Below, one piece after another: positions 19,684-29,830 of a DNA stretch of 64,000 nt. The stretch lies in assembly GCA_964386765.1 (NCBI GenBank), contig CAYLUC010000004.1, positions 1,799-65,798 of the forward strand, written 5' to 3'. The notes beneath the pieces were generated by a model, which saw only the letters and a program-made list of their open reading frames with translations, had not been told where the DNA came from and made no database searches. Both the position numbers and the translations under genes were made by a program. Numbering within the stretch: position 1 is the first letter of the stretch; each line of letters starts with the position of its first letter. The stretch is from an uncultured Candidatus Poseidoniales archaeon (lineage in GTDB: Archaea; Thermoplasmatota; Poseidoniia; Poseidoniales; Thalassarchaeaceae).

Positions 19684-20452
19684 TCATTTTGTCGACGATT
19701 AATGCAATCTCCAGAAGGAGGAGCATCGGGCCTGCGACAAGAAACATGGAAACTGGATCAGGAGGGGAGATGAGGGCGCCTAGGATCAGCCCAGAGAACC
19801 ACAGGCCGCCTCTATTGCCGGAAATGGCGCTCCTCTCGATTATTCCGCCCCTGAGGAGGATTGAAGCAATTAATGGAACCTGAAAGCCAACAATGGATGC
19901 GAAATACAGCCCCGTGATGAATCCGACCCATGATTGCAATTGCCAGGTTGCCGCCAACCCAGCCGACGCAGCGTCCTCAGACAGGTAGTCGAGTAAGAGT
20001 GGCACAAGAACGCCATGTGAGTATGCGGCCCCTAACCCCCCCAGTAGAAACGCCATGGATATGACGAATAAGATGCCACTGACGCTCCCCTTCTCGTGCC
20101 CTCCTGCCCTCCTCGACTCGGCGACTATTTTCTTCCCATTCCAAGATAGGTCGCACATTAGGACTAGTGAAGCAAGGATGAATCCAACGTTTACGCCAAT
20201 CCTGAGCCTCAGAAGTATTGCCTCCATCGGGCTGAGAATTACAATCTCGACACCATCGGGACGGTATGAGGAGGACTCAAGAAGCCACTCTATGGCTTCT
20301 CCAGAAGCCGGGAAGCCACCAAGAAAACCAAAGAAAAATACCCCTACTAGGATGTATGCCCTTTTTCTTAGGTGGGAAATAAGTCCTCGCAACTCAGCCC
20401 GGGGAAGAAGGTCCCCCATGTCGCCCTCCATGTTCTCCCGAGAGGCTACCAC
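19670..20452 (-). CDS. tatC: Twin-arginine translocase subunit TatC
   Basis: HLRKR, LSPMEA, FQVP and ALISPPDPVSM...AGPM..L.E motifs. Confidence 0.88.
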   Translation of the reverse strand: MVASRENMEGDMGDLLPRAELRGLISHLRKRAYILVGVFFFGFLGGFPASGEAIEWLLESSSYRPDGVEIVILSPMEAILLRLRIGVNVGFILASLVLMCDLSWNGKKIVAESRRAGGHEKGSVSGILFVISMAFLLGGLGAAYSHGVLVPLLLDYLSEDAASAGLAATWQLQSWVGFITGLYFASIVGFQVPLIASILLRGGIIERSAISGNRGGLWFSGLILGALISPPDPVSMFLVAGPMLLLLEIALIVDKMTRNQ

Positions 20453-20467
20453 TGGTCAATTCATCGC

Positions 20468-21586
20468 TCACGACTTTCTGAGAATTACAGTTAGGACGTC
20501 ACCATCCCCAAGGCGGTGATCGAGACCGACTCTCTGCCAGTCAAATTTGGCACTTGGCCCCTTGACTCGCGCATATCTGAATTTCCTGACAAAGTCCCTG
20601 TGCAACTTCACGCAAACATCCCGGACAGTTGAGGTATCCTTCACAATCAGGGGTTCTACCATGTCCGCATCTTGACCTTGGGGTTTGAGATAGATCGACA
20701 TGAAGTGCAGATTATCAAAGATGAAGTCCTTCATCTCTTCAATACCTTCTCCAGTTTTTGCAGATACCTCTAGAACTGGCCATCCCGGAGGGAGCATAGC
20801 CCGTGTTTTCGAAAGATCGTCTTCAGTCGCCAAGTCAATTTTGTTCACCACGACAACCGCTCTGTTGTAGATTCTGTTACCTGCAAGCGTGTCAACAATA
20901 TGATCGTCAGTAACATCGGTCCTAAGGGTGACCGTGGCCGAAACTATGCCGAAACTCCTGATGATTCCCTGAATATCCTCGTCAGTCAAGTTAGTCTGCT
21001 CAACGGTAGACCTTACGACTATCCCGCCCCTGTCCGTTCTCGTGATGTACACTTGAGGGATTTCCTGATTGAGTCTCATCCCCGACATCCAGAGTTCTTT
21101 GTCCAGAATGTCAAAGTGGGAGTCCTGGAATGGATCAACGACATACAGGACCATGTCAGAACCCCTGATTACATTCAGAATTTCTCTACCTCTGCCCTTC
21201 CCTTCAGACGCCCCTTTGATCAATCCCGGCAAGTCAAGAATCTGAATCTTGGCCCCCCTGTGGTCGAGGACGCCTGGGATGCAGGTCAGAGTGGTAAAGG
21301 CAAACTCCCCTGTTTCCGAATCAGCTCCAGTCAATTGGGAAATCAGACTAGACTTACCGACGCTTGGGAATCCAACCAGTGAAACCGAAGCGTCCCCTGA
21401 CTTCTTAACTTCGAATCCAGCATTTCCACCACTCTTCTTGGAGTGAGCAATAGCCTTCTCTTTCTTCTCCTTAAGGGCTGCAATTTTAGCCTTCAATCTG
21501 CCAATGTGCCCTTGTGTCGCTTTGTTGTACTTGGTTTTCGAGATCTCCTCCTCTAGAGATTTGATTTGCTCCTCGATTGTCGCCAA
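20468..21586 (-). CDS. DRG/Rbg1-family GTPase with TGS domain
   Basis: TKYNKAT, GFPSVGKS, FTTLT, DLPG, NKID and a TGS C-terminus. TTG start at 21586 gives MATIEEQI. Confidence 0.93.
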   Translation of the reverse strand: MATIEEQIKSLEEEISKTKYNKATQGHIGRLKAKIAALKEKKEKAIAHSKKSGGNAGFEVKKSGDASVSLVGFPSVGKSSLISQLTGADSETGEFAFTTLTCIPGVLDHRGAKIQILDLPGLIKGASEGKGRGREILNVIRGSDMVLYVVDPFQDSHFDILDKELWMSGMRLNQEIPQVYITRTDRGGIVVRSTVEQTNLTDEDIQGIIRSFGIVSATVTLRTDVTDDHIVDTLAGNRIYNRAVVVVNKIDLATEDDLSKTRAMLPPGWPVLEVSAKTGEGIEEMKDFIFDNLHFMSIYLKPQGQDADMVEPLIVKDTSTVRDVCVKLHRDFVRKFRYARVKGPSAKFDWQRVGLDHRLGDGDVLTVILRKS

Positions 21587-21720
21587 GATTGCCCACCCCT
21601 CGTATTGCGGTTGCATTCCACGCAAACCCCCCGGTTCTTGAATCCGGTGGCGCTAGAGGGACTAGTCCCCACAAGCGAGGGTTCATGCGACACCGCCGAC
21701 TGGTCGATATGGGGATTCAT

Positions 21721-22404
21721 ATGGTCGACGTTATCGTATCTCTGGTAGATGATGATTCACTGAGCAATTTATTGTCCATGCCCCTTGGAGACGTGATTTC
21801 GGGAATGGAGGGAATGTCCCTAAGGAATGCAAGGCCCGAGAAAGAAAGGTCCCTTCACAGGCAATTCGACATAGATCTAGAAGGCGAGATTCTGGAATGG
21901 GCTGATAGAATACCTGACATTGATCACAGTTCATCACTGAAAAATCAGAATCTACAATTGCAGGATAAGCTAGAACTCCTGCTTCTATTGTCTCATTGGT
22001 CTTCAATGGGCGAGTGGAGGTGCTGGGATGCTAGGCTGTTCCTATACGTAGAGCCATTGTCCGGCGCGAAGGTTTCTGGAACAGAGTCTTTCCTCAAGCC
22101 GGAGGTCTGGGAGAGATTCTCAGCCACCATGGAAAATTTCGACCGTTCATCATACATTGAGTCTGTTGTAATTGATTGGATGTCACGTAGAGAGGATTTG
22201 GGCGAGACCTTGGATCCTTCCATGGACCCAAGGATACTGCCTACAATGGAATCACACCAGAACTCATCAGGGGGCTTATTCGACATCATGGATAGGTCAA
22301 GAAGGGGGAGCCACCCCCTACTTATTGGAAGGGAGTATCTAGACCCATCATCATGGTATTTGGGCAGTCAGGGATTATTGGAATTCTTCGAGGGAGATAA
22401 ATGA
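21721..22404 (+). CDS. Hypothetical protein
   Basis: Long ORF coupled to the next gene; no motif recognised and start uncertain. Confidence 0.6.
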   Translation: MVDVIVSLVDDDSLSNLLSMPLGDVISGMEGMSLRNARPEKERSLHRQFDIDLEGEILEWADRIPDIDHSSSLKNQNLQLQDKLELLLLLSHWSSMGEWRCWDARLFLYVEPLSGAKVSGTESFLKPEVWERFSATMENFDRSSYIESVVIDWMSRREDLGETLDPSMDPRILPTMESHQNSSGGLFDIMDRSRRGSHPLLIGREYLDPSSWYLGSQGLLEFFEGDK

Positions 22405-23018
22405 ATGATCTAGATATTTCCCCCTTGCCCCCCGAGAAACCCCCACTCCCGGGAGTCGTGGTTTTAGGGCGTTTTCAGCCATTCCACAAGGGCCACGAGT
22501 TGATGATACTAGCAGCAGAACAATGGAGGGCGTCCAACAGTTCAGAATCAGAATTAATCGTAGCTGTTGGTTCCTCAAATCGTCCAGAGACTCTGAGAAA
22601 TCCATGGCTAGCCAGCGAGAGGGAATCCATGATCAGGTATTGGGCAGATTCAGTCGATGGACTAGGGGAAATCGAGGTTGTGTCTATCCCTGATATCGAG
22701 GACCCCCCAAATTGGGTTTCTCACGCTGAGAGGTATCACGGGGAATCAGGGGTACTGTTCACTAGTGATGCCTTTACCGCAGAGCTCTACGAGATGGGTG
22801 GGTGGAAGGTTGTCCTGTCACCCTTGGTGGAAAGGGGCCTATACGAGGGTTGGAGGGTCAGGGAGACCGCTAGGATGATGTCCACAATTTCAGATATGGA
22901 GGCAGTTAGAGAGGTCCTGGGTGCCACAGTCCCATTTCCAGTAATTGACTACCTGATGCAAATTGATGGACTCAAGAGACTCGCCTTCCTAGGCGAAGGT
23001 GGAGAGCCAGTAGGCTGA
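22401..23018 (+). CDS. Nicotinamide-nucleotide adenylyltransferase (NadM-like cytidylyltransferase family)
   Basis: GRFQPFHKGH, VGSSN....RNPW...ER..MI and IPDI....NWV motifs. Confidence 0.85.
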   Translation: MNDLDISPLPPEKPPLPGVVVLGRFQPFHKGHELMILAAEQWRASNSSESELIVAVGSSNRPETLRNPWLASERESMIRYWADSVDGLGEIEVVSIPDIEDPPNWVSHAERYHGESGVLFTSDAFTAELYEMGGWKVVLSPLVERGLYEGWRVRETARMMSTISDMEAVREVLGATVPFPVIDYLMQIDGLKRLAFLGEGGEPVG

Positions 23019-25061
23019 TTACCAGTCGCCCTCGAAGGTGCAGTCCGGGTCACAGTAATCCACTAGTATCCCAGTTAGTAGATATCCATATGCCATCATC
23101 TTGGCTTCTGGGACCTCCAAGACCAGATTGTGTGCCAGGGAGTGGTGCCACATGGGGCCATTCGTGTTCCCCGTGGGAAGCGGAGGGAAGTCGCCGTCAA
23201 AGTAGGCGGCGGAAGAACCATTGATGGGGCCATCAACAATTTCGACCCCAAATGGGTGATAAGCAGATCCATTGATCACTGGAACATTCCCCGTCCTGAC
23301 TGCCCTATCGGCGGAAAGGGTCGTCACTTGAGCATCCATCATAGATGTCAGGTAGAACATGTCGAAAGGCTCTAGCTTGTCACCAAAACCAGTTTCCCTG
23401 AATGGCAGGAAAGTTTCCCCATCTGTGGAGTCCCAAATTGACTGAAGTAGCGCGATGGCAATCGCCCTATCCATCCTAGAAGGAAGTGATAAGTCACTGG
23501 AAAGGAGCTGGTAGAACTCGCTGGGGAACTCTTCAGAACCGTAGTGCGTCGATCTTTCCACCTGGTGTGTGAAGGATGTTCCGCCCACCCAAAGAACCCC
23601 CCACCCCAATTCGGGGATCATGGCCAGTAAGGAAGGGCCCCTGAGCCCTCCGAGTGAAATTCCTATGTAATTCACAGTATCTTTGTCAATCATATTTGTT
23701 CCATTGTGCTTGAACTCAACGATGTCCGAACAGACGCCAGTAATCGTTCTGACCATCGAGAGGTGATTGATTACAGCCTGCATCTGCCTTTCTTGCTGGT
23801 ATTGGAACTCCGTGATGTCAACCAAAGCAAAGGTCAGTGCATCATAATCTCCATCCGAACTCCATCCCTTGAAGTCCGTAGCTATGAGAACTGTCTTGTA
23901 TTCATTCGCCAGCTCCCTACCATTGATGACATATGAATCTCCATCTCCGAATAGCCCATGTCCAAACACAGTCAGTGGACCAGATTCATTGTTCTCAGCT
24001 AGAGATTTGGGAATTAGCATGGTAAAATCAATCTCTCTGTTCTGAACAAATTCAGGATCTCCTCCCGAGTCCCTCATTAGTGGCGATCTCGCAAACTGCG
24101 TCTCCATGTAGTGGGGAGTGGTAACAGTCCCCCGAATTAGACGCAACGAGTTTCCATCCTGCGCAAAGTCGTCTTGGACTTCTGTGATGGTGCAACCAAT
24201 TCCCGATTCACCAAGTCGTAGCTCCGCATCGTCCCTCATAATGAGGAGATCTTTGAGGATGGACTCTGTAGATGCTGTATGGAACCACCATGCCGCTTGA
24301 AGATCTCCTCGACTGAATCCAGAGGCCTCCAATTGTTCGAACAATGCCTCATAGTCGGAGCGCTGCTCCTCTATTCCCTCAGAACTAGTATTGATTGAGT
24401 CTCTGAGTGCTCTGAATCCGTCTGAAGGAGCAATTGGGATTCCGCCTTCATCAACAAGGCCCCTGAAAGCTACCGCGTAAGCAGCATCGTGATCAAGACC
24501 CTCAATTGTCCTCAAGAAAAGTATAGTCGACTCTCCTTCTTGGGCCCTAGCATCAAGCTCTATCCAATGGTGGACCTTCTCCCCCGTATCCATGTTGAGT
24601 AGTATGCTAGAATGACCTTCTCCCGTAGATGGAGAGATGTCGAATTGAGTTGACATGCCAGAAATATCGGGTGTAGATTCGAATGCTGTGAAAATCTGAG
24701 TCGAGGGGCTGAATCCGTCAAGGCGATCAAGAATCAACATATTGCCGCTCTCGGCAGAGGAAGTATCGGGAATCGCCTCTCCGTCGATATTCAGGCTATA
24801 TCCCGTTATACTGGAACTATCCTCACGAAGGAATGCACCTGATGGGAATGGGAGCATGCAGTGCAATTGGTTGGTCTCATCACAATATTCAGAATTAGCA
24901 ATTTCAAGAATCTCATCTTCAATGATAGTTCCATTTTCTACTGGATCAACGACCCCCTGCTCTTGATTCTGAGTCTCATCGCCAGGGTCTCTTTCTGTGC
25001 CAAGGCACCCGGGGATAATGAGGATTAGTACCACCAATAAAGAAGACATTCTACGAGACAT
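23019..25061 (-). CDS. Secreted lipoprotein alpha/beta hydrolase (lipase-like)
   Basis: Lipobox-like IIPGCLG, LPFPS, LDGFSP, FGHGLFG and nucleophile elbow GISLGG. Confidence 0.8.
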   Translation of the reverse strand: MSRRMSSLLVVLILIIPGCLGTERDPGDETQNQEQGVVDPVENGTIIEDEILEIANSEYCDETNQLHCMLPFPSGAFLREDSSSITGYSLNIDGEAIPDTSSAESGNMLILDRLDGFSPSTQIFTAFESTPDISGMSTQFDISPSTGEGHSSILLNMDTGEKVHHWIELDARAQEGESTILFLRTIEGLDHDAAYAVAFRGLVDEGGIPIAPSDGFRALRDSINTSSEGIEEQRSDYEALFEQLEASGFSRGDLQAAWWFHTASTESILKDLLIMRDDAELRLGESGIGCTITEVQDDFAQDGNSLRLIRGTVTTPHYMETQFARSPLMRDSGGDPEFVQNREIDFTMLIPKSLAENNESGPLTVFGHGLFGDGDSYVINGRELANEYKTVLIATDFKGWSSDGDYDALTFALVDITEFQYQQERQMQAVINHLSMVRTITGVCSDIVEFKHNGTNMIDKDTVNYIGISLGGLRGPSLLAMIPELGWGVLWVGGTSFTHQVERSTHYGSEEFPSEFYQLLSSDLSLPSRMDRAIAIALLQSIWDSTDGETFLPFRETGFGDKLEPFDMFYLTSMMDAQVTTLSADRAVRTGNVPVINGSAYHPFGVEIVDGPINGSSAAYFDGDFPPLPTGNTNGPMWHHSLAHNLVLEVPEAKMMAYGYLLTGILVDYCDPDCTFEGDW

Positions 25062-25096
25062 GGAACCGCGACCTAGCATTATGATTTCAAACAAAC

Positions 25097-26365
25097 TCAG
25101 CAAGATGTGCACCAAACATCTTCCGGCATTCCGCCTTCGATGAATTCAATGAACCAATCCATAAATTTCACGCCCTCAACTTCCAACTCATAGAACCAAC
25201 TAGAGAAAAGAATCCCATGCCCATCCCCTGGGGCGATGTATCCTGCGATTTCATATCCCTCGCTCTCTATGTGTTCTTCGGAAACCCTGAGCCTCCAGTT
25301 GTAGTCTTCGGGAGGATTATCAAGGAGTCCATTGAAGTATCTCATCGTATTGTCCTGCGCTGAGTCGAACCTGCCTATCCTAATCGTCGAGTCGTACATG
25401 GAAAGGAAAATATCGAGATGCGCACTAGTCATGTTGTTCCAGTTGAGAGAAGAACCATTGTATGTCAACCCATCTAGCCAACTCTGAGTGGCGTTTTGAA
25501 GTCCCCAAGAGGCATTCAGGTCGACAGTTCCAGTGCTTGTGACCCCACCAGTACTGTCGTGGAAAACCGTAATGTTCGCACCAGGTATGGCTTCTGCTAG
25601 ATTCCCTGCGAAGAATCCTGCAGCTATGGCCCCCCCACTTGAGCCAAGGACATAGAAAGTAGTGGCACTACCTAGGGTTTCCACAAAGTAATCAAAGGCA
25701 GTCATGGCATTTGGGTATCCTTTGTGCTGCATTACATTGTCACCGTACCTCACAGTCGCATTCCCCATGTGGACGTCCCCTGTGCAATAAGGGACGAAGA
25801 CCATTGACGCGTCAATTAGCGGATTATCCTTGTTTGTGAGGTTCAGTATCCCTCCCCATCCTGTCGGATTCTGCCAATAGGCCCCAGTTGAGGATGAGTT
25901 TTCAATTGTGCAAGTGAACTCGTCCCAGCAAGCCCCCCCTCCATTCAGGAAAAGGACTGCTACGTCTGAATCCGCCTCTCTGGAGTAGAATGAATATTCA
26001 GATCCGTCAGAGCACATGCACTCCTCGTTTTCGGTATCGTGTTTCTCCCATTGGTCAGTATAGGTCGGCACCCAGTATTCACAACTCAGATCATCATCAG
26101 TAGCCTCTGGGTCATAGTTTGTGGCGCTGGAATCTATGCAACCAGAAATTTCATCAAAGTCCCAAATTCCATCTCCATCGGAGTCTGGGTAAATGCATTC
26201 TCCCTCAGCAGTAGCCTCCGGATTGTAATTTTCTGCCAGCTCATCCATACATCCGCTGATTTCTTCCACAACGTCCCCTGAGCATCCGGATAGGAGCATG
26301 CTGATGACTAGAAGGAGAGATGTTACCTGTACGGAACTCTGTTTCATCAACTGCGTCACTGCCAT
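25097..26365 (-). CDS. Pectinacetylesterase/Notum-family carboxylesterase, lipoprotein
   Basis: LLSGC lipobox, C.DGS.Y, GGGACWD..TC, VPYCTGDVH.G, GSSGG and HG.L motifs; two GCxD..A.NY repeats near the N-terminus. Confidence 0.85.
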   Translation of the reverse strand: MAVTQLMKQSSVQVTSLLLVISMLLSGCSGDVVEEISGCMDELAENYNPEATAEGECIYPDSDGDGIWDFDEISGCIDSSATNYDPEATDDDLSCEYWVPTYTDQWEKHDTENEECMCSDGSEYSFYSREADSDVAVLFLNGGGACWDEFTCTIENSSSTGAYWQNPTGWGGILNLTNKDNPLIDASMVFVPYCTGDVHMGNATVRYGDNVMQHKGYPNAMTAFDYFVETLGSATTFYVLGSSGGAIAAGFFAGNLAEAIPGANITVFHDSTGGVTSTGTVDLNASWGLQNATQSWLDGLTYNGSSLNWNNMTSAHLDIFLSMYDSTIRIGRFDSAQDNTMRYFNGLLDNPPEDYNWRLRVSEEHIESEGYEIAGYIAPGDGHGILFSSWFYELEVEGVKFMDWFIEFIEGGMPEDVWCTSC

Positions 26366-26383
26366 GATGGATATATAGTCATC

Positions 26384-27445
26384 TCAACCTTCTTCGAACA
26401 ACATTCTATGGAAGTGGTGAACGCCAGTTTCTCTTGTGGTAGAATACCGCCCTCTGTCGTAGGAACCAGACGAGACGCCCCTCTGCGTGGCTTCAACTAT
26501 CTCCTGGTCCTCTTCTTCGACCTTGTCCAAGTCCCCTCCAGCTCCCTTCCCTAGTTTTGATTCATCCCATACAAATCCATGATAGACAATCTTCGTCCTT
26601 GTTACAGAAATCGGAATCACGATGTTTACGGAAAGCCCCCATGGGTAAAAGTTCAGCATCACTCCTGGGAATAACCAGTAGTAGTAAGCGGCGACTCTCT
26701 TCCCAAAGTCAGGCGACGATTTCGGAAGGTCGAAAGTGTCCTCATCCCCCTTGGCAATGCCAATCTGAAGAACGCCTCCCCCGAATAGTTCCGTTGAGTA
26801 CGAGTCATAGTCGAGAGCCTCGTGCAGTTCGCCATGTACGAAAGGTATGTGAAAACCCTCTAGGTAGTTATCAACGTAAAGGGCCCAGTTCGCATCAATT
26901 TCGTAAGATCTGTGTCGTGATTCATCATGCTGGAATTCATCAATTGGCATCCACCCTATTCTTTCTTCCATCACATCGAAAACAGAGCCATAGCGAGATG
27001 GAGAGACTCCGGTAAAAATCATCCCCTTCCATTCCTTTATTGGAAATTCTAGTAGGCTGTCTTGTGCTGAGGGAAAGTCCCTCACACCACCAAATTCGGG
27101 CATGTTCTTGAAGCACCCGTCAAGGCCGAATGTACGGCCATGGTACCCACATTTGATAGTGGAAGCGTCGCATTTCTCGGTCACGAGGATCATCCCTCTG
27201 TGGGTGCATACATTGGACAAGCATCTGACTTTCTCAGAGATTGTCAGCGCCATCGCCTCTCCGACCATTCCCTCCATGTGGTCAAGTGGAATCGAACTAG
27301 CTCCCTCTAATTGGCTCCGGTGCGCGCCAAAGTGCCAGCAGTTTCGGAAACCAGAAACAACTCTCTGAAAGCTCTCGAATTCTGTGTAGAATTTAGATGG
27401 CAGAGTCAGAGATTTAGAGATGTCAGGGTCAATTGGCTGACTCAT
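26384..27445 (-). CDS. Rieske non-heme iron oxygenase alpha subunit (choline monooxygenase-like)
   Basis: NVCTHRG...CGYHG Rieske ligands; NW..YVDNYLEGFHIPFVH and EED...E..QRG mononuclear-iron motifs. Confidence 0.9.
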   Translation of the reverse strand: MSQPIDPDISKSLTLPSKFYTEFESFQRVVSGFRNCWHFGAHRSQLEGASSIPLDHMEGMVGEAMALTISEKVRCLSNVCTHRGMILVTEKCDASTIKCGYHGRTFGLDGCFKNMPEFGGVRDFPSAQDSLLEFPIKEWKGMIFTGVSPSRYGSVFDVMEERIGWMPIDEFQHDESRHRSYEIDANWALYVDNYLEGFHIPFVHGELHEALDYDSYSTELFGGGVLQIGIAKGDEDTFDLPKSSPDFGKRVAAYYYWLFPGVMLNFYPWGLSVNIVIPISVTRTKIVYHGFVWDESKLGKGAGGDLDKVEEEDQEIVEATQRGVSSGSYDRGRYSTTRETGVHHFHRMLFEEG

Positions 27446-27956
27446 CCCCACTCGCCTCAGCCACAATTACCCTAGCGGCCCTAAGTACTCTTTCATGGAG
27501 CAGGTAGCCTTCTTCCATGACCTCGACCACAGAACCCGGCTCAACTCCCTCTGGCGCAGAAACCGTGGCTATCGCCTCCATGCAAGTTGGATCAAACTGC
27601 ATACCCACGGCTTCAATCTGAACAACTCCCTCGGACTCAAGGGCCCTTTTTATCCCCTCTAGAGTCATCTTGACCCCGTCCAAAAAAGCCTCAGAGGAAG
27701 AATCATCGAAATTGGAGATCGCTTTATCCAGGCTTCCCAGAAGTGGCAGCATCTTTCTTGATAGGCCAGATGCACCGAACCTAATGGCCTCTGATTTGTC
27801 CCTAGCTGCCCGCTGTCTCACATTAGCAATCTCTGCTGCGGAGTATTGCAACTCCTTCTCAAGTCGAGCGATCTCGGCTTCCAATTTCTCGCTCTGGTCC
27901 TCGACATTCTGTGAATCCTCTGATTCAGGACCAGCATCACTCGTCTCCTCGTTCAC
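27429..27956 (-). CDS. grpE: Nucleotide exchange factor GrpE
   Basis: AEIANVRQR, FDPTCMEA and GYLLHERVLRAARVIV motifs. Confidence 0.93.
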   Translation of the reverse strand: MNEETSDAGPESEDSQNVEDQSEKLEAEIARLEKELQYSAAEIANVRQRAARDKSEAIRFGASGLSRKMLPLLGSLDKAISNFDDSSSEAFLDGVKMTLEGIKRALESEGVVQIEAVGMQFDPTCMEAIATVSAPEGVEPGSVVEVMEEGYLLHERVLRAARVIVAEASGDESAN

Positions 27957-27994
27957 GTACTCACGCCCCTATTCGCATTCAATAATCCAATGGT

Positions 27995-29764
27995 TTAGTC
28001 AGTATAGAAATACTCGCCAGACGCCTTTTGCTCTCTGTCCTTCACGCTATCCGGCTTGTTGATTCGAGGCCTTTTTGACTCGTGATCACGCCTGAATGTA
28101 ACTCCGACGCCTGACAGGAAACGATTCATTCCCTTGCGAAGGCTAAGTGGCCCCATTGCGAAGCCCGATTTCCCCCCCTCCCCCTCGAAGACTAGAAGCG
28201 AGTCACTGACAATGTCGATGAAGTAAATGTCATGATCAATAACCATGGCAGCCTTTTCGTTGCTTTCCATGGTTCTTCTGATGGCCTTGGCCGCCTCCAT
28301 CCTTGCATTTGCGTCCAGATGGGCACTTGGTTCGTCCATTAGGTACAAGTCAGCCTCTTTGCCTAGGCAAATCGCTATGCTTACTGCCTGCAATTCCCCT
28401 CCCGAAAGCCTCTGGGCCTGTAAATCAAGCATTTTGTCAACTTGCAGCGGCCTGATTACCTGGGTGTGGAACTCGCCCGAGCGCCACTTCCCTCCGATTT
28501 CTGTGTCCAACCAGTCTTGGACGCTACCTTCGAAGTCAGTGCTGACATGCTGAGGCTTGTACGAAACGTTGGCCTCCATGGTACACCATCCTTCGTCCGG
28601 CTCGATCTCCCCCGCAATCATCCTGACCATTGTTGTCTTCCCTGTTGCGTTGGGCCCTACAACTCCAATCACTTCGGCCGAGCGCACCTCGCCCTGACCG
28701 GTTTTCAGGTGGAAATCCCCCAATTTCTTCTCCATGTCTCCCCATTTCAGGATAGGGATGCCAATATCTTCGCCCCTTGTTCGCCCTCTTACAAATCGGA
28801 TCGGTTTGTCCCTAATCCTCACGTTCTCCTCCTGCAAGAAACCATCGAGGTATGCGTTAATGGCCGTTCGTGTCGAACGGGGCGGCGTGAAAATTCCATA
28901 TGCAGCACGCTCCCCATAAATTATGTGTAGGAGGTCGCAAAGAACGTCTAGAATAGCTAGGTCGTGTTCCACTACAAGGACCCTCTTCCCCTTGGAAGCC
29001 AAGTCCTGTATGATTCTAACCATCCTCATCCTCTCATAGATGTCCAAGTACGAAGAAGGCTCATCGAAGAAGTAAACATCGGCTTCTTTGAGTATGGTGG
29101 CGCAGATGGCGACACGTTGCAATTCACCTCCGGAGAGGCCAGTTAACTCCCTATCTAGAAGGTGGTCAACTGCTATCCTCTTGGCGCATTCCTCTATCTC
29201 GCCCCTATCATCTACCCGTGAAAGAAGCCCCCTTACCTTCCCATCCCAGAGTTTGGGGAGTTTGTCGATGTACTGCGGCTTTACAGCGATGCTAACACTT
29301 CCTTCTGAGACCAGTCCCAAGTAGTCCCTCAATTCCCCCCGGGGGAACGTGGAAACAACTTCCTCCCAGTCTGGAGGTGGATTTTGCCAGTCACCTAGGT
29401 TAGGCCTTACTGATCCAGATAGTAGATTTATTGCCGTGGACTTGCCTATTCCATTGGGTCCGAGAATTCCAATTACAGACTCTTTGGCGGGTGTCGGTAG
29501 TCGGAACAGTCTGAATCCATTGAGACTATACCGGTGAGTCATATCATGATCTAACTCCTCTGGAAGATTGATGATTTTGACTGCGTCACCAGGGCAAAGT
29601 TTTGCTCTAGTGAAACATACCGGGCATGCCATCTCTAGAATCTTGAATTTATCGTCCTCGAGTTGTATGCACTCGCCACCGCACATGCCAGCATATTTCT
29701 GGAGGTACATGAAAGCCGAACTGTTCGGCTTACACCTTTCCTCTAGCAATACCGCTATCCTCAT
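27995..29764 (-). CDS. Ribosome recycling ATPase ABCE1/RLI1
   Basis: MRIAV start, HRY..NGFRL.RLP, two NBDs (GPNGIGKS, GPNATGKT, LSGGELQ twice) and the TFRRD...RPRINK..S.KD.EQK..G hinge. Confidence 0.95.
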   Translation of the reverse strand: MRIAVLLEERCKPNSSAFMYLQKYAGMCGGECIQLEDDKFKILEMACPVCFTRAKLCPGDAVKIINLPEELDHDMTHRYSLNGFRLFRLPTPAKESVIGILGPNGIGKSTAINLLSGSVRPNLGDWQNPPPDWEEVVSTFPRGELRDYLGLVSEGSVSIAVKPQYIDKLPKLWDGKVRGLLSRVDDRGEIEECAKRIAVDHLLDRELTGLSGGELQRVAICATILKEADVYFFDEPSSYLDIYERMRMVRIIQDLASKGKRVLVVEHDLAILDVLCDLLHIIYGERAAYGIFTPPRSTRTAINAYLDGFLQEENVRIRDKPIRFVRGRTRGEDIGIPILKWGDMEKKLGDFHLKTGQGEVRSAEVIGVVGPNATGKTTMVRMIAGEIEPDEGWCTMEANVSYKPQHVSTDFEGSVQDWLDTEIGGKWRSGEFHTQVIRPLQVDKMLDLQAQRLSGGELQAVSIAICLGKEADLYLMDEPSAHLDANARMEAAKAIRRTMESNEKAAMVIDHDIYFIDIVSDSLLVFEGEGGKSGFAMGPLSLRKGMNRFLSGVGVTFRRDHESKRPRINKPDSVKDREQKASGEYFYTD

Positions 29765-29830
29765 GACATTCCCTCCTGCATTTCGCTCAATACTTCTTCT
29801 GTCGATTACGCCGTTGGCGGCCCTTTGTGC

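Noticed and set aside
21587..21720. GC-rich intergenic region with short palindromes as a possible ncRNA
   Set aside because: Explained adequately by two divergent promoters; no C/D boxes or recognisable RNA family.
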